13,378 bases of DNA. It comes from Promethearchaeota archaeon. GTDB lineage: Archaea; Asgardarchaeota; Lokiarchaeia; Sigyniarchaeales; SOKP01. Both the position numbers and the translations under genes were made by a program. The notes beneath the pieces are model-generated. The model saw nothing but the letters and a program-made list of their open reading frames with translations, did not search any database and was not told the origin of the DNA. The DNA is taken from the NCBI GenBank assembly GCA_048940925.1, contig JBHLOC010000072.1:1-13378 (forward strand), given 5' to 3'. Each line of letters begins with the position of its first letter. Position 1 is the first letter of the stretch. Positions 1 to 6,247 of this stretch are shown in pieces.

Positions 1-284
1 CTTGCGAGAGCTAATACATAATTTCTTAATTCAGGTTCATAGATTTTTAATTCGGTATCTTCTCTTTCTAAACCATATCCGGCCATCAATTCAAGTGTGT
101 TATCAGGAATTTGACTACCATAAAATAAATCTTTAATTTGATAGATTGAATAATTATTCTTATTTTTTCCTGCGACAAAAAGTTGCCCAAGTTCAAATTC
201 TTTATCTGACTTTTGCCTTAATATTAGTTTGACTAAAGATGTACCTGTGACGAAACTACCAATTTTTTTTCCTAAATCTCCCAT
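1..284 (-). CDS. herA: HerA-like ATPase/helicase, N-terminal HAS-barrel region (runs off the window edge; not in the supplied ORF track)
   Basis: ATG at 284-282, 17 nt after the nurA stop, open to the window edge: MGDLGKKIGSFVTGTSLVKLILRQKSDKEFELGQLFVAGKNKNNYSIYQIKDLFYGSQIPDNTLELMAGYGLEREDTELKIYEPELRNYVLALA. The pattern (ILRQKS..ELGQL..QIxDLxYGSQI..LRNY) fits a HerA/DUF87 N-terminal barrel, and nurA-herA adjacency is established. The ATPase motifs lie outside the window. Confidence 0.75.
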   Translation of the reverse strand, partial: MGDLGKKIGSFVTGTSLVKLILRQKSDKEFELGQLFVAGKNKNNYSIYQIKDLFYGSQIPDNTLELMAGYGLEREDTELKIYEPELRNYVLALA

Positions 285-301
285 TATATATCATTTAAAG
301 A

Positions 302-1432
302 CTATTTTCTTAAAATATTTAATAAATCATGCGCGTTTACTGAACGTAAACGGGGTAAAATATAATTATTATAATTATCTTGATTAAATTCAGCTACTAA
401 ATGAATTTTTTGAGGTTCTAATTCTTTAAAAGTCACTGCTGCAAGTTGATCAGCCTTAATTAGGCCATAAGGATAACCTGGATATGATAAGTCATCGGAA
501 ATATTAGCAATATTAGATATAACTACTTCGCATTGATCTTTTGACATTTTTTTTGCTTGGTCTAAAAGTATATCAAATCTGAAGGAATAAACGGAACTCT
601 TATGTAATTTTACAAAATACAAGTCTGCTTTCTCTTGAGCCTTCGTTATCTTATATACAGGATGATAGTACCAGGTATTATTTTGATATTTTTTATTACC
701 TATATAATTTATTAATGAATTTAGTGAATTTCCATTTTGAGTGAACAAACGGCAGGTTTTTGAAAGTCCAGTAACAATGACTCCTTTTTTAATGGCAGAG
801 TGGTATAATTTTTCAGCAATCTCAGTCTCTCCAGTATAACCAGTTTGAAGTGAACCATCTCTAACAAAAATACTACCCTCTTCTAACTCATTTAATATAA
901 ACTTAGTTGCATAAGTCCATTCTGCGAATCTCATTGCAACACCCCCAAAAACCTCTATATTAGGTAAACTAAATCCTCTCTCCCTTATGGAAGGATCATT
1001 TATAGGAAAGATTAATCCATCTTGTGGAAGATACTCTGAAAATTCTGTTTCAATCGGAAAAAAACGAGTAATGTACGCAAGCTTATCATCTTCAAGGACA
1101 TCCAAGACGGTTGCACTATAAAATTCTACCTTATTAGGTGTGTGAATTGGTTTAATCCATTTATTTGAGGTAAATATTACTCCTGCAACGCGATTTAAAC
1201 TTATATTGAAATCTGCACTTCGTAGTATAGGACCATTTCCTCCATCAACAAATCCTATAGTCCTTATATCTGTGCATGGTGGAATTTCAAAAATCTTCTC
1301 TTCTAGTATCTCAAACGTTTCTTCTTCTTCACTTGATGAATATGGTTCTTCATCTACAGCATATCCCAATTTACTGTTTTCGATAAATTCTACGCATTCT
1401 CTCAATGGATTCTTTTTTTTCTCATAATTCAT
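302..1432 (-). CDS. nurA: NurA-family 5'-3' nuclease (RNase H fold)
   Basis: 376 aa with NurA motifs FVDGG, VRDGSL, GLSKT, GYPYGLIKADQLA and C-terminal AHD; directly upstream of the herA-like ORF. Confidence 0.88.
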   Translation of the reverse strand: MNYEKKKNPLRECVEFIENSKLGYAVDEEPYSSSEEEETFEILEEKIFEIPPCTDIRTIGFVDGGNGPILRSADFNISLNRVAGVIFTSNKWIKPIHTPNKVEFYSATVLDVLEDDKLAYITRFFPIETEFSEYLPQDGLIFPINDPSIRERGFSLPNIEVFGGVAMRFAEWTYATKFILNELEEGSIFVRDGSLQTGYTGETEIAEKLYHSAIKKGVIVTGLSKTCRLFTQNGNSLNSLINYIGNKKYQNNTWYYHPVYKITKAQEKADLYFVKLHKSSVYSFRFDILLDQAKKMSKDQCEVVISNIANISDDLSYPGYPYGLIKADQLAAVTFKELEPQKIHLVAEFNQDNYNNYILPRLRSVNAHDLLNILRK

Positions 1433-1755
1433 TTTTACATAATATTTTCAAAAATAATTTTTATTATTCATAATCCTCTTATTTATTTTAAATAATTAAA
1501 AAATTCTATTAATCCAGCGTTAGAATTATTATTTTGTTTTTTAAATTATTATTTATCTTAAAATATAAAGTTAAAAGACCTACCAAATTTAGTGGATTTT
1601 ATTCTATTTAGACTTTTTGTCAAATAAATTAGCTAGTATAAAATAATTTATTGTTTAATGTAAATACGTCGTAAATTGAAATATCTTCCTAGTAATAATA
1701 ACATATTAAATAAAAAAATGAATATAAAAATAGTTTTAAATATCTCCTCATCATT

Positions 1756-3891
1756 TCATAAAAGGTCTAAAGCAGATTTAAATAAGTCTTTTTTTTCAGC
1801 TTTCTTTTTACCTTTTTTAGATATTAATTTCACTGAAGACTTACGATACACAGTAGAATCTAACTCTGAGATGAATTGAGATACCTTTATTATCTGGGGA
1901 CCCCGATATGTATGTTTAATAGAGGGAGATATAAGATATAATTGATCTTTTGCTCTGGTTATAGCAACATAAAACACTCTCCGTTCTTCTTCAAACGCAT
2001 CAGAATCACCTATACTTCTACTTGAGGGGAAGGAATCTTCGCAGAGCATGGGAATAAAAACCACGCACCATTCAAGACCTTTTGCCCTATGAATCGTAGA
2101 CAGAATTAAAGGCAATTCTTCTTCCGTTTGATCTCCCGAATGAACTGTTTTAGCTTCTAAATAAGATAAATTTAAACTCAAATTCTCCAAAAATTTACGA
2201 ATAGTTGGAAAATTTTGGGCATATACACTTAATTGGTTTAAATCATCAATACGTTCTTGCCAATTATCAAATCTTGATTTTAAATAATCCTCAAGAACCG
2301 TAATTAATTTTAGAATTACTTCCGAAGGATCATCTTCTGAAGTTAAATCTATTATATTTTTAACATAAGAAATAGTATTTTTAATACCTTCTTTAGAAAT
2401 GCGAGATCCCTTTAATTTTTCAGCATAAAACATCTTATTAATTAAAGCATCAAGAGGATGCTCTTTTTTTGAAATAGCTTCAAAAATTTTAATACCAGAG
2501 GTAGTTCCTATCCCTTGAATTATTGAAAAAATTCGAGACCATGATACTTCATCAAACGGGTTTTCGATTATACGTAAATGAGCAATAATATCTTTTATAT
2601 GAGCTCTTTCGAAAAATGATACCCCTGCTCTAACTTCATAAGGAATGTTTTTAGCTCTTAGTTCTAATTCGATCCTTAATGAATGAGATGCAGCTCTTAC
2701 CAAAATAGCCATTTCATGTAAATCAATTCCGTTTGAACGTAATTTTAATATTTGATTTGCTATAAAACGAGCTTGTTCTACATCATCCCCTACCTGTACG
2801 TAATAGGGTAGAATTCCCATTCTACGCGTTGTTCGCATGGATTTTTTAAATTGCTTTTCATTGTGTTTAATTGAATCATTTGCTAAATCTAAAATTTGAG
2901 GAACACTTCTATAATTATAAGTTATAGTAAATTTCTTACATGTTTTAAATTTATTTTGAAATTTGAGTATATTTTTGAAGTTAGCTCCTCTAAACGCATA
3001 TATACTTTGCGCATCATCCCCTACTGCCATAACATTCTGGTTTGGATTTTGTTTAACTATTTTATATATGATTTCATCTTGAATGTAATTAGTATCTTGA
3101 TATTCATCAACAAGAACGTATTTAATATTTCTTGCGATTAATTTTGCGATAGATCTTTCATCGAGTAATTGGTTCCAATATATCAACAGATCATCAAAAT
3201 CTACTAAGTTATCTTGAGCTTTCTTGGTTTTATAGATTTTAAATACTTGTTCTAATTTTTTTATAACAGAATCACTATCGAATTGAGGATATTTCCATAA
3301 TATCACTTCTTGAATTGTTTTGTTACAATTAATAGAAAATGATAATATATCTCTGGCCATTCTAGATGTAGGAAATCGTTCCTCAAGATCCTTTACTTCA
3401 GCTTTCTCAATTGAAACTCTCATCAATGCTTTAGCATCGGTCTCATCCATTATTATATAGTTTGGTTTTAAACCTAATATCTTAGCGTATCTTCTTATAA
3501 ATCGATTGGCCATTGAATGAAAAGTTCCTGCCCAAATTCCTTTTGGTCGTTTACCAAGAAGAATTTCAACGCGTTTAATCATCTCATTGGCAGCTTTATT
3601 TGTAAATGTTACAAGCATAATCTGGTTTGGTCGTACCGCATTTAGTAATAACTTAGCAACAGTATAAACTATAGTTCGTGTTTTACCTGAACCTGCACCT
3701 GCAATAACTAACATTGGACCTTTTAGATTATTTATAATTTCAAGTTGTTCTTCGTTTAAATTCTCATCAAAATGGATTTTATTATACTCTTCAACCACTT
3801 GAGGGATTTCTTCTTCTAGTGATTCTGCATAATCTTCCTCATAAAACTCAAATACATAATCTTCTTCAAGTGATCCTTTTTCTTTAACCAT
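1756..3891 (-). CDS. uvrD: UvrD/PcrA/Rep-family SF1A ATP-dependent DNA helicase
   Basis: 711 aa; Q motif LNEEQ, Walker A AGAGSGKT, Ia VTFTNKAA, GTFHS, Walker B LVDEYQDTN, VGDDAQSIYAFRGA, NYRS, STIHRAKGLEW, EEERRVFYVAITRAK. Confidence 0.96.
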   Translation of the reverse strand: MVKEKGSLEEDYVFEFYEEDYAESLEEEIPQVVEEYNKIHFDENLNEEQLEIINNLKGPMLVIAGAGSGKTRTIVYTVAKLLLNAVRPNQIMLVTFTNKAANEMIKRVEILLGKRPKGIWAGTFHSMANRFIRRYAKILGLKPNYIIMDETDAKALMRVSIEKAEVKDLEERFPTSRMARDILSFSINCNKTIQEVILWKYPQFDSDSVIKKLEQVFKIYKTKKAQDNLVDFDDLLIYWNQLLDERSIAKLIARNIKYVLVDEYQDTNYIQDEIIYKIVKQNPNQNVMAVGDDAQSIYAFRGANFKNILKFQNKFKTCKKFTITYNYRSVPQILDLANDSIKHNEKQFKKSMRTTRRMGILPYYVQVGDDVEQARFIANQILKLRSNGIDLHEMAILVRAASHSLRIELELRAKNIPYEVRAGVSFFERAHIKDIIAHLRIIENPFDEVSWSRIFSIIQGIGTTSGIKIFEAISKKEHPLDALINKMFYAEKLKGSRISKEGIKNTISYVKNIIDLTSEDDPSEVILKLITVLEDYLKSRFDNWQERIDDLNQLSVYAQNFPTIRKFLENLSLNLSYLEAKTVHSGDQTEEELPLILSTIHRAKGLEWCVVFIPMLCEDSFPSSRSIGDSDAFEEERRVFYVAITRAKDQLYLISPSIKHTYRGPQIIKVSQFISELDSTVYRKSSVKLISKKGKKKAEKKDLFKSALDLL

Positions 3892-4163
3892 TTATTTTAA
3901 ATTCTCAATGATAACCTTTTAACTTTCTTTATATATCTTTAGATCTTATAAATAATTCGACCTTATTTTATTTTATAAAAAATTATTTAAAGATCTTACC
4001 TACATTATTTCTTTATCAAATATTTTTCTTATCTTTTCTTATAGAATTATTCTAACAGATATATATTAAAATTATAAATCAATTTAGTTGACGATGTTTA
4101 AAAATTTTTATAAGTGTTAAATAAAAACTTTCAAAAATCTTTTTATTTATCAATAAAAAATAG

Positions 4164-4457
4164 CTAAGGCAGACCTAACATTATTTTAAAGGCCGCTGTT
4201 TCGTCTGCTTCATCTACTGAAGAAATAGTAAAAGTTACATCATGTTTATCACGAATTTTTGGTGCCATTTGCGCCGAAATGAATTTCATTCTCGTAGATG
4301 TATTTTGACCTTCCCATACCCATATCTTTTTATTATGATAATCAACAAAGAGTAAAATTTTATTAGAATCTAGTAATTCAAAAAGTGGAACATTTTCTTT
4401 TATATCAATTTCATCAAAATCTCCTTTTTCTTCATTGAATTGATATCCTACTATCAT
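4164..4457 (-). CDS. Single-domain gelsolin/villin-repeat protein (Asgard ProGel/1DGel-like)
   Basis: 97 aa with gelsolin repeat pattern LDSNKILLFVD...IWVWEGQNTS..MKFISAQMA..IR...VDEADETAAF (L-D-x-x-x-x-(F/L)-x-x-D, IxxWxG, helix, G/DxExxxF). Confidence 0.8.
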   Translation of the reverse strand: MIVGYQFNEEKGDFDEIDIKENVPLFELLDSNKILLFVDYHNKKIWVWEGQNTSTRMKFISAQMAPKIRDKHDVTFTISSVDEADETAAFKIMLGLP

Positions 4458-4480
4458 CCTTTCACTGTCTGAATTTCGTG

Positions 4481-4488
4481 TTTATAAT
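4481..4488 (-). promoter_or_regulatory. Putative archaeal TATA box (TTATAAA) for a leaderless gelsolin transcript
   Basis: - strand ATTATAAA ends ~23 nt before the ATG at 4457, the expected spacing for leaderless archaeal mRNA; weak given the AT-rich background. Confidence 0.3.
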
Positions 4489-4710
4489 ATTAAAATTGTC
4501 TTGGTAATTTATAAATCTTTAATATAATGATAAAACTCAATAAAGGAATAATGTAAAATATATATTTATAGTTTAAAAAAGTATAGATACCAATTAAGGA
4601 GATTCATTATAATTTAGTATTTTTCCAAAAAAACTTTAACAACAACCTAAAATATTGAATAGAAAATAGAATCTTTTAAGCTAGAGTAAATTTTAAGCTA
4701 ATCCATAAGT

Positions 4711-5079
4711 TTATATGTCATTTTGAAATTTCCTTCTTCTTAAAGTGGAAATTAAATGCCCTTTAGAAAGTAATTGTATGCCAAATTGAGAACTATATTC
4801 TCGAGAAAAATCTGTAATGACATTACATACCATGATTCCACCTTGAATATTAGTATCCATGCATGCTTTATGCAGTTGTCGCAACTGTGTTATCGAGATC
4901 TCTCTTTTCCAGTCTCTTATAAACACTCCAAAAGTATTTAATTTATTTTTTATGAGAGCATCAAAAGTCCAGAATTTTCCAGAACTCCCTTTAAACTGTA
5001 CAGGCCCATTAATAAATTCATATTTCTCAGAAAAGACCTTTCTAGCCAAATCATTTAAAGTTCTATCTCCTAACGACAT
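4711..5079 (-). CDS. Small restriction-endonuclease-fold (Mrr-cat-like) protein, probably catalytically degenerate
   Basis: 122 aa; G-x-SG...FD-hydrophobic...strand...ISITQLRQL...GGIMVCN..TDFSREY...GIQLL follows the Mrr_cat layout, but F-I-R sits where (E/Q)-x-K is expected. Confidence 0.68.
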   Translation of the reverse strand: MSLGDRTLNDLARKVFSEKYEFINGPVQFKGSSGKFWTFDALIKNKLNTFGVFIRDWKREISITQLRQLHKACMDTNIQGGIMVCNVITDFSREYSSQFGIQLLSKGHLISTLRRRKFQNDI

Positions 5080-5212
5080 AATCTAACACTAATTTCTATA
5101 TAAACTTGTATAAAACGTATTACTTGTATGTTATCCAAATATTATTTAAAAATAGTGTATTATGGAGAAAATATCTAGATATATACAATCTAAGATTTAA
5201 GAATTAGAGAAT

Positions 5213-6070
5213 CTAAGATAATCGAATAAAATCTTCAGATCTTTTTTTATTGAATTTATGCAATTTGAAAAAAGGATACTTTCCATCAGAACTAGGTCCT
5301 TTTTCTTTTACATATTTATTTATATTTTGCTGTAAAAATTTAATCAATCCCTCGATTACTTTTTTACACAATTTATTACATCCTAAAAAATTTTTATCTG
5401 TTAAATATTCACAGCTTTCATTGTATTTCTGACAAAATTTTTTAAGTTGTAGAGATAATCCTTCAGCTGACAAAATTTTAAAATTGTCCCAAGTATCTTT
5501 AAAACCTGCAATATAAGCAGGTTTGCTTGCTCTCAATGAACAAATTAAGCTATTTGTCTGTAGGCTATTAATTATACGCTTCGATATATTTTTTACTTCC
5601 CTTTTAGCCTCTAGCTGACAAAGAAAGACGTAATATTTCAGTAATTTCTCTGCTTCCTTAGTTTTCTTAGTATCAATTATTTTCCACCCATTTAGCTTCT
5701 TACAACTTAAAGGTTCATTATTAGGATTTGAGAACCTTGTAGGGTAAATCCAACATTGAGGTGGCTTAATTCCTGAAGCGTGAACAGTACAACCATTTAA
5801 ACTCTTATCAAATAAAAAGCACTTCCCTTTCTCTTCATCAAATCTTAGTGTAAAGCTAAAATTATCACTTCTAATGAAATCTTCTTTGTTAGCATAACCG
5901 CGTCTAATGTATTCTTCAGCCAATACTCTGGGGACATCAATCTTAATAGAACAGCAGTCACCATTGCAAACATTTAAGCAATTTGGACCTTCAATTGCTG
6001 ATCTCATTAAGATATTGAATTCTTTAACTAGATCCCAAAATTTCTCATTAACCACTTTATTTGTTATCAA
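5213..6070 (-). CDS. YkgJ/CxxCxxCC-family Cys-cluster (Fe-S/Zn) protein with C-terminal extension
   Basis: TTG start; CLNVCNGDCC, KCFLFD, GCTVH..KPPQCWIYP and a later SC match the YkgJ/FliB-like pattern; 14 Cys in total. Confidence 0.8.
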   Translation of the reverse strand: MITNKVVNEKFWDLVKEFNILMRSAIEGPNCLNVCNGDCCSIKIDVPRVLAEEYIRRGYANKEDFIRSDNFSFTLRFDEEKGKCFLFDKSLNGCTVHASGIKPPQCWIYPTRFSNPNNEPLSCKKLNGWKIIDTKKTKEAEKLLKYYVFLCQLEAKREVKNISKRIINSLQTNSLICSLRASKPAYIAGFKDTWDNFKILSAEGLSLQLKKFCQKYNESCEYLTDKNFLGCNKLCKKVIEGLIKFLQQNINKYVKEKGPSSDGKYPFFKLHKFNKKRSEDFIRLS

Positions 6071-6247
6071 TTTAATTATTAATATTATTCATAAAGACTG
6101 ATTATCATTTAAAACTCATATATAAAATAACTTTCTATGTAAATAACTTTAAATTAGCATACTATTATTATTTAGTAAATTTTGATTACAAATTTTGGAT
6201 AAAATTATTTTTAACTCAAAATTAAACAAATACGAGAAGATTATTGA

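Noticed and set aside
150-175. Possible frameshift at the A-run in the herA-like ORF
   Set aside because: Recounting shows the frame from ATG 284 stays open through GGA AAA AAT AAG to the window edge.
1206-1427. 73-aa + strand ORF
   Set aside because: Antisense shadow of nurA; its Ser/Phe richness mirrors Glu/Lys codons on the coding strand.
1481-1755. Long intergenic region as possible ncRNA/tRNA/SECIS
   Set aside because: No GC-enriched stem, cloverleaf or box C/D pair seen; only weak AT hairpins. No in-frame TGA at a conserved Cys position in nearby genes to suggest selenocysteine.
1676-1879. 67-aa + strand ORF
   Set aside because: Overlaps the uvrD 3' end antisense, low complexity, TTG start, no motif.
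2896-3141. 81-aa + strand ORF
   Set aside because: Entirely antisense within uvrD helicase motifs.
4042-4054. Palindrome TAGAATTATTCTA with near copies (e.g. 8874-8886, partial at 1521)
   Set aside because: Nearly all A/T in very AT-rich intergenic DNA; cannot be distinguished from chance without a genome-wide motif test.
5171-5219. Palindrome ATATCTAGATAT and repeated AATCTAAGAT; also TTTTAAGCTA x2 at 4674-4700
   Set aside because: Short AT-rich repeats with only two copies and no regular spacers; not CRISPR or IS ends.
4859-6101. Three short + strand ORFs (4859-5086, 5250-5432, 5907-6101)
   Set aside because: Antisense shadows of the Mrr-like and YkgJ genes with no recognisable features.
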